In this document: piece after piece, positions 1 to 7,732 of the stretch
Layout: each line of letters opens with the position of its first letter
How positions within the stretch are numbered: position 1 is the stretch's first letter
Source: Synechococcus sp. A15-28
GTDB lineage: Bacteria > Cyanobacteriota > Cyanobacteriia > PCC-6307 > Cyanobiaceae
Length of the DNA stretch: 32,000 nt
Reading direction: 5' to 3'
Assembly (NCBI RefSeq): GCF_014280175.1
Contig: NZ_CP047931.1
Coordinates: forward strand, 1,140,001-1,172,000
Program-made: the position numbers and the translations under genes
Notes under the pieces: model-generated
The model's input: the letters and a program-made list of their open reading frames with translations, nothing else
What the model was told of the DNA's origin: nothing
Databases searched by the model: none

Positions 1-224
1 CATTGGTTGGGGGCCAGACGCCTCAGAGAAACGGGGCCTGTTGCAGCCGTCAACTCAAGACTGTGTAGGTGCTGAACCGGATCACGAATGGTGTATGACC
101 CTGGCGTCCAGAGGGGAAATTGCAGGATCTGGCGGGAGGTGGACGGCGTCCACCGCATCGTCACCCTGATGCGTTGCTCCTCCGGACGAACGAGATCCAG
201 ATGAACGTCAACGTCGCCGTTCAC
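1..224 (-). CDS. M61-family metallopeptidase (glycyl-aminopeptidase-like), N-terminal ~74 codons only; continues past the window start
   Basis: Not in the ORF track because it is open at the window edge. My minus-strand translation from GTG (224-222) reads VNGDVDVHLDLVRPEEQRIRVTMRWTPSTSRQILQFPLWTPGSYTIRDPVQHLHSLEL... The 'LDL ... FPxWTPGSYxIRD' pattern is the N-terminus I recall for peptidase M61. It starts 1 nt after the ycf35-like stop. Confidence 0.55.
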   Translation of the reverse strand, partial: MNGDVDVHLDLVRPEEQRIRVTMRWTPSTSRQILQFPLWTPGSYTIRDPVQHLHSLELTAATGPVSLRRLAPNQ

Positions 225-225
225 C

Positions 226-579
226 TCAGGGCGTCTCGATGGTCATCGTTGCGGAGGATCCGAAACCATCCATCGATTCAAGGGCGGCCAACAGCGCGTA
301 CTGGCGAGCCACCCGTTGAAGCCTGGCCTTGAGGCCTTGATTGCGGGCCAGTCGTTGCAGATCGCCGACCATGGTCACCTCCCCACCATCGTCACCCTGG
401 ATCCAGCCCAGGGATGGGGAGTCATCAGCCAGGGAGGCCAGGAGGTCCACCGGGTGGGACTTGCCGTTGAACGGGGCCATCACAGCGCCGATCACCACAT
501 CAAATCCTTCGTGGCGCAGAGAAGCTTCCAGCAGATCCGGTCGTGTGTAGACGGTCGGCAGGATGGAGAGATGGGACAT
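226..579 (-). CDS. ycf35: DUF1257 / Ycf35-like conserved cyanobacterial protein (117 aa)
   Basis: Track ORF 226..579 with an ATG start. The N-terminus MSHLSILPTVYTRPDLLEASL... matches the MSHFS..I...L..L pattern of the Ycf35/DUF1257 family. No competing gene on the opposite strand. Confidence 0.7.
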   Translation of the reverse strand: MSHLSILPTVYTRPDLLEASLRHEGFDVVIGAVMAPFNGKSHPVDLLASLADDSPSLGWIQGDDGGEVTMVGDLQRLARNQGLKARLQRVARQYALLAALESMDGFGSSATMTIETP

Positions 580-1255
580 GAACCGAATGCCCGCTTTTAC
601 AGACCCTAGCCAGCAGAGCCCATCTGACCAGGCCCTGATTCATCCAACGTCAGCACCAGCATTCGATGGGGCTCTCCCGATCAGGGTTGGCGTGATGGCA
701 TCAGGGAATGGGAGCAACTTCGAGGCGTTGGCAACGGCGATCCGGGATCGACGCATCAATGCCGAGATTGCTCTCCTGGTGGTGAACAACCCCGGCTGCG
801 GAGCACAGCATCGTGCTGAACGGCGTGGCATTCCCTGGCAACTGATTAACCATCGGGATTACGACAGTCGGACCGCACTGGACCGGGACCTGGTGGATCG
901 ATTCCGAACTGCTGAGGTGGAGGGAATCGTGATGGCGGGCTGGATGCGCATCGTCACCGGTGAGTTGATCAAGGCCTTCCCCGATCGATTGATCAACATC
1001 CACCCTTCGCTTCTACCCAGCTTCCGTGGGCTTGATGGCGTTGGCCAGGCTCTCAAGGCCGGCGTCCGCCTTGCTGGTTGCACGGTTCACCTGGTTACCG
1101 AGGACCTGGATGCAGGCCCGATCCTGGTTCAGGCGGCCGTTCCGGTCCTGGAGACGGATGATCACGACAGCCTGTCCAAGCGGATTCAGCTGCAGGAACA
1201 TCGCATCCTGCCGAGCGGACTGATGCTGGCGGCGCAGCGCTGGCGTCAGGGGTAA
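563..1255 (+). CDS. purN: Phosphoribosylglycinamide formyltransferase (GAR transformylase)
   Basis: Motifs VMASGNGSNFEAL, NIHPSLLPSFRG and TVHLVTEDLDAGPI are typical of PurN. ATG at 563; in-frame alternative ATGs at 578 and 587 would shrink or remove the 5' overlap with ycf35 (start at 579). Confidence 0.9.
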   Translation: MERWDMNRMPAFTDPSQQSPSDQALIHPTSAPAFDGALPIRVGVMASGNGSNFEALATAIRDRRINAEIALLVVNNPGCGAQHRAERRGIPWQLINHRDYDSRTALDRDLVDRFRTAEVEGIVMAGWMRIVTGELIKAFPDRLINIHPSLLPSFRGLDGVGQALKAGVRLAGCTVHLVTEDLDAGPILVQAAVPVLETDDHDSLSKRIQLQEHRILPSGLMLAAQRWRQG

Positions 1256-2358
1256 AAACTCTGCAAGGGCAGCCCTGTCTCCGGCGGCAGGCCATGCATC
1301 AGGTTCAGACACTGAACACCCTGTCCGGCCTGACCCTTGATCAGGTTGTCGATGGCACTCATCAGAATCATCTGTCCTGTTCTGGTGTCCACCTGAACGG
1401 ACACCAAGGCGCGGTTGGTGTGACGTGCCCATTTCGTGGCGGGATACGTGCCCACCGGCAGAACGGACACGCAGGGGTGGTGCCGATACACCGCTTCGAG
1501 CACCGTGGTGCAGTCTTCAGCCGTCAGTCCGGGATCCCGTAGACGCGCATACACCGTGGACAGCAGGCCTCGCACCATCGGCACCAGATGCGGGGTGAAC
1601 TGCAAACGAACATCCTGCCCGGCAACCTCCTGGGCCATCTGTTCGATCTCGGAGGTGTGGCGATGACCGATGACGCCGTAAGGGGCAATGGATTCAGATG
1701 CCTCCGCGAGCAGCATCGCCTCCTTGGGGACGCGCCCCCCGCCGGACGTGCCTGTCTTGGCATCAATGATGATGCCGTCGGTTTCGATCAGGCCCTGTTT
1801 CAGGAAGGGCAGCAACGGCATCAAGCTGGCCGTTGGGAAGCACCCCGGTGCAGCCACCAACATGGCCTCGGCGATGGCGGGCCCATGCCACTCCGGCAAG
1901 CCATAGACCGCCTCTCGGCAAAGGTCGGAGTCCTGTCTGGAGAGACGGCTGGCCTCCTGGGAATACACCTGACTCCATTGCTCCAGTGAGCGATATCGGA
2001 AATCTGCGGAGAGATCCACCACCCGCACACCCCGCTGCAGAAGCTCTGGGGCGAGCTGACAGGCCAGACCATTGGGGAGGCTCAGGACGGCGTAATCGGC
2101 TGCCTCGGCAATGCGATCGGGGTCAGCGGACTGCACGACAGGGTCATCCGGCAGCGGCAGAAAGGAGCAGATCGAACTCCAGCGTCGTCCCGCACTCCGT
2201 TCTCCGCCGAGGAAGGTGACCGTCAGAGACGGATGCCCCTGCAGAAGGCGGAGGGTCTGCAACCCTCCGTATCCGGAAGCACCGACCACTGCGACACGAC
2301 CCTGGCCCTGGCCACCGCCGGCCATCTCGGAGATACGTGAGGCAGTGCTGCTTGCCAT
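1246..2358 (-). CDS. argC: N-acetyl-gamma-glutamyl-phosphate reductase
   Basis: [11 protein letters not shown] dinucleotide fold, [10 protein letters not shown] active-site Cys motif, [13 protein letters not shown]. The track start at 2370 is TTG. The first ATG is at 2358 (MASSTAS...), with another at 2325. Confidence 0.9.
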   Translation of the reverse strand: MASSTASRISEMAGGGQGQGRVAVVGASGYGGLQTLRLLQGHPSLTVTFLGGERSAGRRWSSICSFLPLPDDPVVQSADPDRIAEAADYAVLSLPNGLACQLAPELLQRGVRVVDLSADFRYRSLEQWSQVYSQEASRLSRQDSDLCREAVYGLPEWHGPAIAEAMLVAAPGCFPTASLMPLLPFLKQGLIETDGIIIDAKTGTSGGGRVPKEAMLLAEASESIAPYGVIGHRHTSEIEQMAQEVAGQDVRLQFTPHLVPMVRGLLSTVYARLRDPGLTAEDCTTVLEAVYRHHPCVSVLPVGTYPATKWARHTNRALVSVQVDTRTGQMILMSAIDNLIKGQAGQGVQCLNLMHGLPPETGLPLQSFYP

Positions 2359-2398
2359 GGCGACGTCCAACCAGCAGTTGATCGTACAGAGATTGATA

Positions 2399-4060
2399 AT
2401 GAATAAATTGCAGAACTGCAGGCTCCTGAACTCCAGTACCCCTCATCAGCAGGACGATCCGATCCGCTTCGACGACATCGCTGAGGCACTGACCGCCATT
2501 CGCAATGGAGCCTGCGTGGTGGTGGTGGATGACGAGCAGCGCGAAAACGAAGGAGATCTGATCTGCGCTGCCCAATTCGCCACACCGGAAGCAATCAACT
2601 TCATGGCGACCGAGGCGAGGGGGCTCATCTGTCTGGCCATGGAAGGAAAGCGGCTGGACGAACTTGATCTGCCCCTGATGGTGGATCGCAACACCGATGC
2701 CAACGAAACAGCCTTCACGGTGAGCATTGATGCCGGAGCCGAGCACGGTGTCAGCACCGGCATCTCCGCTGAAGATCGTGCCCGAACGATTCAGGTCGCC
2801 CTCAATCCGAAGACCCGCCCTGCGGAGTTGCGACGACCGGGACACATCTTTCCCCTGCGAGCCCGGCCCGGTGGGGTGCTCAAACGTGCGGGCCACACCG
2901 AAGCAGCCGTGGACCTGGCGCAGCTGGCGGGACTCACCCCGTCAGGTGTGATCTGCGAGATCCAGAACAGTGATGGCTCTATGGCCCGTCTCCCTGAACT
3001 GCGTGCTTATGCCGACACCTGGGGATTGAAGCTGATCAGCATCGCTGAATTGATCCGCTACCGACTCGAAAATGAACGGTTTGTGCGACGACAGGCCCAT
3101 GCGGAGCTGCCCAGTCAGTTCGGTTCCTTCCAGGCCATCGGCTATCGCAATGAACTGGATGGCTCGGAGCACGTCGCCCTCGTCAAAGGCGACCCTGCCT
3201 CCCTGCGGGAACCGGTGCTGGTGCGAATGCATTCGGAATGTCTGACGGGTGATGCCTTCGGCTCTCTGCGTTGCGATTGCCGCCCTCAGCTGGAGGCAGC
3301 ACTGCGGCAGATCGAACGCGAGGAGGAGGGCGTTGTGGTGTATCTGCGACAGGAAGGCCGTGGGATCGGTCTGATCAACAAACTGCGCGCCTACAGCCTG
3401 CAGGACGGCGGCTTGGACACTGTGGAAGCCAATGAAAGGCTTGGATTTCCAGCTGATCTGCGCAATTACGGGGTGGGGGCCCAGATCCTCACGGATCTCG
3501 GCATCCATCGCCTGCGACTCCTCACCAACAACCCGCGCAAGATCGCCGGTCTCGGAGGGTATGGCCTTCAGGTGGAAGAACGGGTCCCCCTTGTGATGGA
3601 CGCCGGTGATCACAACGCCGAGTACCTGGCTGCCAAGCGCGACAAGCTCGGTCATCTCATGGACAGTGATGGGCCCTGCACCGTTCTCGCCCTCGCTGTC
3701 AACGACTCGACCGACAGCCTTCCAGCCATCCGCGCACGGGTGGAAGACCTCGCTCGAATCCACGGGCAGGCCTTGGAGGCACTGCATGAGCCTCGCCTGC
3801 TTGCCCTCTGGGACCGACCACAGTTCGTCTGGAAACTCACCCCCGATGTCGCGAATCCAATGGAACTGCTCAAGGCAATCGCAGAGCTGGAATCGAGCCG
3901 ACGGATTGGTTTACTGCGGGTGAACACCGAACGCAGTGCACTCCACCCCTCTCAAACCCTGGAACGGGAAGAGCACGCGATGCAGGATCTGATCAACGCC
4001 AGAGAGGACGCCCATCTCAGCGGGCGTCCGTCCCTGATGCATTGGACCGCAGAGGACTGA
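2399..4060 (+). CDS. ribBA: Bifunctional 3,4-dihydroxy-2-butanone-4-phosphate synthase / GTP cyclohydrolase II with a ~130-aa C-terminal extension
   Basis: DHBPS motif [14 protein letters not shown]; GCH-II motif [21 protein letters not shown]...[11 protein letters not shown]. The track ORF (2111..) runs antisense through argC, so an internal start is needed: ATG 2399 (MNKLQ...) or ATG 2357 (MATSNQ...). Confidence 0.9.
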   Translation: MNKLQNCRLLNSSTPHQQDDPIRFDDIAEALTAIRNGACVVVVDDEQRENEGDLICAAQFATPEAINFMATEARGLICLAMEGKRLDELDLPLMVDRNTDANETAFTVSIDAGAEHGVSTGISAEDRARTIQVALNPKTRPAELRRPGHIFPLRARPGGVLKRAGHTEAAVDLAQLAGLTPSGVICEIQNSDGSMARLPELRAYADTWGLKLISIAELIRYRLENERFVRRQAHAELPSQFGSFQAIGYRNELDGSEHVALVKGDPASLREPVLVRMHSECLTGDAFGSLRCDCRPQLEAALRQIEREEEGVVVYLRQEGRGIGLINKLRAYSLQDGGLDTVEANERLGFPADLRNYGVGAQILTDLGIHRLRLLTNNPRKIAGLGGYGLQVEERVPLVMDAGDHNAEYLAAKRDKLGHLMDSDGPCTVLALAVNDSTDSLPAIRARVEDLARIHGQALEALHEPRLLALWDRPQFVWKLTPDVANPMELLKAIAELESSRRIGLLRVNTERSALHPSQTLEREEHAMQDLINAREDAHLSGRPSLMHWTAED

Positions 4061-4501
4061 TCAGTCCTGAATGGTCAATTTGTTGATCTTGGATCCGTTG
4101 TTGAGCTTCAGCACCACGTCCATGTTGCCGGTGTGACCGAAGACGGTGTGCACGCCGTCCAGATGTGGCTGAGCTTCGTGGCAGATGTAGAACTGTGATC
4201 CACCGGTGTTGCGACCGGCATGGGCCATGGCGAGGGTGCCGGCCTGATGTTTCTGTCCATTGATCTCACAGTCAATCTGATAGCCAGGCCCACCGGTGCC
4301 GGCCATTCCGCGAGCACCCTCACGGCTGTTAGGGCACCCGCCCTGAGCCATGAAGCCGGGGATCACACGGTGAAAGGCCAGGCCGTCATAGAAGCCCTCC
4401 TTGGCTAGTTTCACGAAATTGGCCACCGTGTTGGGAGCATCGGACTCAAACAGCTCGAGCTTGATCTGCCCGGCGTCGGTGTCCATCAGAGCCTTGGTCA
4501 T
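4061..4501 (-). CDS. ppiB: Cyclophilin-type peptidyl-prolyl cis-trans isomerase
   Basis: [34 protein letters not shown] and HTVFG are cyclophilin signatures. ATG at 4501 ([18 protein letters not shown]) fits family N-termini. The upstream in-frame ATG at 4543 is an alternative. Confidence 0.88.
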   Translation of the reverse strand: MTKALMDTDAGQIKLELFESDAPNTVANFVKLAKEGFYDGLAFHRVIPGFMAQGGCPNSREGARGMAGTGGPGYQIDCEINGQKHQAGTLAMAHAGRNTGGSQFYICHEAQPHLDGVHTVFGHTGNMDVVLKLNNGSKINKLTIQD

Positions 4502-4541
4502 GGTGGCGCGAGCAAAACTGGAGTGTAGTGAGAGGCCCCCC

Positions 4542-5441
4542 ATGCTCGACCTCAGCGAAGCCCGTGTTGGTGTGATCGGCGGCAGCGGCCTCTATGCCAT
4601 GCCAGGCCTGGACCAGGCGGAGGAGCTGAGGCTGGACACGCCCTTCGGGCAACCTTCTGATGTTCTGCGGCTGGGGAAACTTCAGGGCATGGAGACGGTG
4701 TTTCTGGCTCGCCATGGCCGACACCATCAGTTGTTGCCTCGAGAGGTTCCTTATCAGGCGAACATCTGGGCGATGCGTCAGCTGAACGTCCGCTGGCTGA
4801 TCTCGGTGTCCGCCGTGGGGTCACTGCAGGACCATCTGCGCCCACGGGACATGGTGGTGCCGGATCAATTCATCGATCGAACCCAGCAACGTCCGCAGTC
4901 GTTCTTCGGTTATGGCTGCGTCGCGCACGTGAGCCTGGCGGATCCGTTCTGCTCTCGATTAAGCGAACTCCTGGCGGAGGCGGCTGAATCGGCAATGCCG
5001 GCGGGCCAGCACCTCCACCGGGGTGGAACGTACCTCTGCATGGAGGGCCCCGCCTTCTCGACCCGTGCCGAAAGCATGCTTTATCGGAGCTGGGGCTGCT
5101 CCGTTATCGGCATGACAAACCACACGGAAGCGCGATTGGCCCGAGAGGCTGAGCTCGCCTACGCATCCCTGTCGATGGTCACCGACTTCGATTGTTGGCA
5201 CAACGACCACGATGCCGTCAGCGTTGAGATGGTGGTCGGCAACCTCAAGGCCAATGCCGTGGCCACCGAACCGATCCTCAGTCAGCTGACGCTGAGCCTC
5301 AGAGATCAGCGGCCCAGCTCCGAGGCCCATACAGCCCTGGCCGATGCCTTGATCACGGCCCCGGAGCACGTGCCGGATCAGACTCGGGAACGGCTGAATC
5401 TGTTCACCCGTCCCTATTGGGGATCCTTCCCTCAGGATTGA
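4542..5441 (+). CDS. mtnP: S-methyl-5'-thioadenosine phosphorylase
   Basis: [18 protein letters not shown]..., [39 protein letters not shown] match MTAP/PNP-family motifs. The first 47 codons of the track ORF (4401..) are antisense to the cyclophilin gene, so ATG 4542 is chosen. Confidence 0.85.
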   Translation: MLDLSEARVGVIGGSGLYAMPGLDQAEELRLDTPFGQPSDVLRLGKLQGMETVFLARHGRHHQLLPREVPYQANIWAMRQLNVRWLISVSAVGSLQDHLRPRDMVVPDQFIDRTQQRPQSFFGYGCVAHVSLADPFCSRLSELLAEAAESAMPAGQHLHRGGTYLCMEGPAFSTRAESMLYRSWGCSVIGMTNHTEARLAREAELAYASLSMVTDFDCWHNDHDAVSVEMVVGNLKANAVATEPILSQLTLSLRDQRPSSEAHTALADALITAPEHVPDQTRERLNLFTRPYWGSFPQD

Positions 5442-6382
5442 GCCAGATCGACCCCCTGGCTGGTCAGCGCATCGCGAAGCTGACCGTTGTGTGAACGAAG
5501 CAGCTCCCGGGCATCGTCAGGCGCGAGGCCAGCGGCAGCGATCAGCAGAGCCAATTTCACCGAGCCATCGGCCTGGGCCAGCAAGGTGAGGCCACGGTCG
5601 CGCTCCACACCGGCAAGGTCCCTCAGGATGCGAAGGGAGCGGTCCACCAGTTTGCTGTTGCTGGCAGACACATCCACCATCCGATTGCCGAACACCTTGC
5701 CCAGCCGAACCATGACGGCGGTCGACATGATGTTCAAAGCCATCTTGGTGGCAGTTCCCGCTTTGAGCCGGGTGGAACCGGTGAGCAGCTCCGGCCCCGT
5801 CAGGAGACGGATGTCGATGTCGCAGGGGAGTGGTGCCTGATCACTCGGAACGCAGGCCATGGCAACGGCCAGAGCGCCGATGTCGCAGGCGTGGCGAAGC
5901 CCGCCCCGCACGTAAGGCGTGGTGCCGCCAGCGGCGATGCCCACCAGGCAGTCATCAGCGCCAAAGCCCCGCTGATCCAGATCCTCGCGTCCAGCATTCT
6001 CCAGATCTTCCAGCCCCTCGGAACTGCGCAGCAGGGCGGGAGCACCACCGGCGAGGACGCCTTGAACCATCTCCGGATCACTGCAGAAGGTGGGGGGGCA
6101 TTCGGCGGCATCCAACACGCCGAGCCGACCCGAGGTTCCAGCTCCCAAATAAAACAAGCGTCCCCCTGCCTTGAGTCGCGATGCGATTCCGTCAACAGCG
6201 GTACTGATCGCTGCAGATGCAGCGGCAACCGCCTGTTGGGGCTGACGATCTTCCTCCACGAACAACTGCACCAGATCAATTGTGTCAAGCCGATCCAGGG
6301 CCGTGCTTCTGGGATTGGACTGCTCGGTCAGCAGATGGCCGCGGTCCTCAGAGACGGCACGGTCGACTTGAAAACGTCCCAT
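5432..6382 (-). CDS. murQ: N-acetylmuramic acid 6-phosphate etherase (SIS domain)
   Basis: LLTEQSNPRSTALD N-terminal motif and FYLGAGTSGRLGVLDAAECPPTF are characteristic of MurQ. ATG start at 6382. Confidence 0.85.
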   Translation of the reverse strand: MGRFQVDRAVSEDRGHLLTEQSNPRSTALDRLDTIDLVQLFVEEDRQPQQAVAAASAAISTAVDGIASRLKAGGRLFYLGAGTSGRLGVLDAAECPPTFCSDPEMVQGVLAGGAPALLRSSEGLEDLENAGREDLDQRGFGADDCLVGIAAGGTTPYVRGGLRHACDIGALAVAMACVPSDQAPLPCDIDIRLLTGPELLTGSTRLKAGTATKMALNIMSTAVMVRLGKVFGNRMVDVSASNSKLVDRSLRILRDLAGVERDRGLTLLAQADGSVKLALLIAAAGLAPDDARELLRSHNGQLRDALTSQGVDLAQS

Positions 6383-6386
6383 CGCC

Positions 6387-6782
6387 TTACAGCAGTCCCT
6401 CGAGACGTTTGCGCAAGGCGTCGAGATCGCTGGCTGGCTGTTCAGTCCCAGCAGTTGACTCCTCCTCCTCCTTCCACTGAGTCACGTCACGGTTGGCTTC
6501 TGGAGGAGCCATGAACAACCGCTCCTCATCCGATTCCGGAACGAATCCCGAGGCCACGAAGCGGGCTTCATATCCGGCATCACGGCAGAACAGCTCCACG
6601 TCCTCGCGATCCAGGGACTCCACACTGGGAACGGGAAAGTCCTGAGCCTCGAGCAGCCCGGCGTACCGCTCTGCGTCATCGGGGTTCTCGAACAGCAGCA
6701 CCACTGTCCGACCGGCGATCTCCAGCGAGTGGATCCCCTCACTCTCGCTGCCGGCATCAAACAGGAGCACGTGGACGCGCAT
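6387..6782 (-). CDS. Conserved cyanobacterial/plastid-lineage hypothetical protein (DUF3110-like), acidic
   Basis: MRVHVLLFDAGSESEGIHSLEIAGRTVVLLFENPDDAERYAGLLEAQDF resembles my recollection of the DUF3110 family. The track start at 6836 is TTG (TTGA overlap with the dnaJ stop). ATG at 6782 matches family N-termini better. Confidence 0.6.
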   Translation of the reverse strand: MRVHVLLFDAGSESEGIHSLEIAGRTVVLLFENPDDAERYAGLLEAQDFPVPSVESLDREDVELFCRDAGYEARFVASGFVPESDEERLFMAPPEANRDVTQWKEEEESTAGTEQPASDLDALRKRLEGLL

Positions 6783-6832
6783 CGCGGGGAACACTCGGTC
6801 CTCAACAGAAGCGGAGTCTCTCACCGATCGCT

Positions 6833-7732
6833 TCAACCGGCCTCTGCCTCAAGGGCGATTTCCTGCAGACGCCGATACAGAGCCCGCTCCGCCTCGCCCA
6901 GGTCGGCGGGGATCACAATCACAATCTCCACCAGCTGGTCGCCGCGTCGGTCGTCCAGTTCAAGGCCACGCCCGCGCAGCCGCAGCAACCGTCCACTGGA
7001 GGAACCCGGCGGTACCTGAAGGGTGACCGGACCGTCCAGGGTCGGAACGTCGACAGCGCAGCCGAGAGCCGCATCCGGAGGGAACAACGGAAGTTTGTAG
7101 TGCACGCGTAAACCATCGATGCGCAGGCCGTCGTCGGTGAGCACACGCAACTGCAGGAAGTGGTCACGCCCACCGCTGGCAACCCCCTCCAACCGCAACC
7201 GCCAGCCATCTCCAGCCTGGGGTGGGGTGTCGAGTTCCACCACTGTTCCATCCTCCAGGTTCAACTCAACGGTGGTGCCATGCATGGCCTGTTCCGGTGT
7301 CAACTCAACGATGGACTCGAGATCTTCCTCCGCCCGAACGGGAGGCGGGGGAGGTGGTGCCGCAACGGGAGGTTCTCTCCATGAATCGGACGCATCGTTA
7401 TCGGGGGTGTGCGCCTCGGATCGGCGTGAGGGCTCGCCAAGCACCACCTCGAGGTAATCCTCGAAATCCGGGAACCCATGCTCAAACGGGTCGTGCGTGC
7501 GATCTCCCTCACGATCTCCCTGTTCCCAGGCGCTGCGCCGCCGGGGATCGCTGAGCACGGCATAGGCCTCATTCACCAGCTTGAACCGTTCCTCAGCAAC
7601 GGGATCGTTGCCGTTCAGGTCCGGATGCCAACGTCGCGCCTCCCGGCGAAAGGCCCGTTTCAACTGATCGGCATCTGCCTCTGGGCCTAAACCAAGAAGC
7701 GACCAGTAATCGGGATCAGCGGTAGAAGTCAT
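6833..7732 (-). CDS. dnaJ: DnaJ-family co-chaperone lacking a zinc finger (CbpA/DnaJ3-like)
   Basis: J-domain DYWSLLGL...RRWHPDLN (HPD tripeptide). Pro-rich linker PPVAAPPPPPPV in place of a G/F region. C-terminal DnaJ_C-like domain. No CxxCxGxG repeats. The ATG at 7732 overlaps the last 17 nt of dnaK. Confidence 0.85.
   Translation of the reverse strand: MTSTADPDYWSLLGLGPEADADQLKRAFRREARRWHPDLNGNDPVAEERFKLVNEAYAVLSDPRRRSAWEQGDREGDRTHDPFEHGFPDFEDYLEVVLGEPSRRSEAHTPDNDASDSWREPPVAAPPPPPPVRAEEDLESIVELTPEQAMHGTTVELNLEDGTVVELDTPPQAGDGWRLRLEGVASGGRDHFLQLRVLTDDGLRIDGLRVHYKLPLFPPDAALGCAVDVPTLDGPVTLQVPPGSSSGRLLRLRGRGLELDDRRGDQLVEIVIVIPADLGEAERALYRRLQEIALEAEAG

Noticed and set aside
2111-2398. Upstream 96 codons of the track's 649-aa ribBA ORF
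   Set aside because: This extension runs antisense through the 5' part of argC and encodes a Pro/Arg-rich non-homologous peptide. The DHBP-synthase domain begins shortly after ATG 2399.
2359-2398. Possible FMN riboswitch in front of ribBA
   Set aside because: Only about 28-40 nt separate the argC and ribBA starts. That is far too short for an FMN (RFN) element of more than 100 nt, and no RFN-like conserved helices are visible.
3517-3527. ACTCCTCACCA, resembling the Yfr1 sRNA core motif ACUCCUCACAC
   Set aside because: It has one mismatch, lies inside the ribBA coding frame (encoding ...RLLTNN...), and has no flanking stem-loops or promoter. Chance similarity.
2144-3787. 250-aa (2144..2896) and 281-aa (2942..3787) minus-strand ORFs antisense to ribBA
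   Set aside because: Both lie within the motif-rich ribBA reading frame on the other strand and show no family resemblance. High-GC shadow ORFs.
6455-6480. CTC/CTT-rich tract (gactcctcctcctccttccactg) resembling a short tandem repeat
   Set aside because: It is the antisense of the codons for the acidic run KEEEES in the DUF3110-like protein. It has only about 4 imperfect units and there is no sign of a variable SSR locus.
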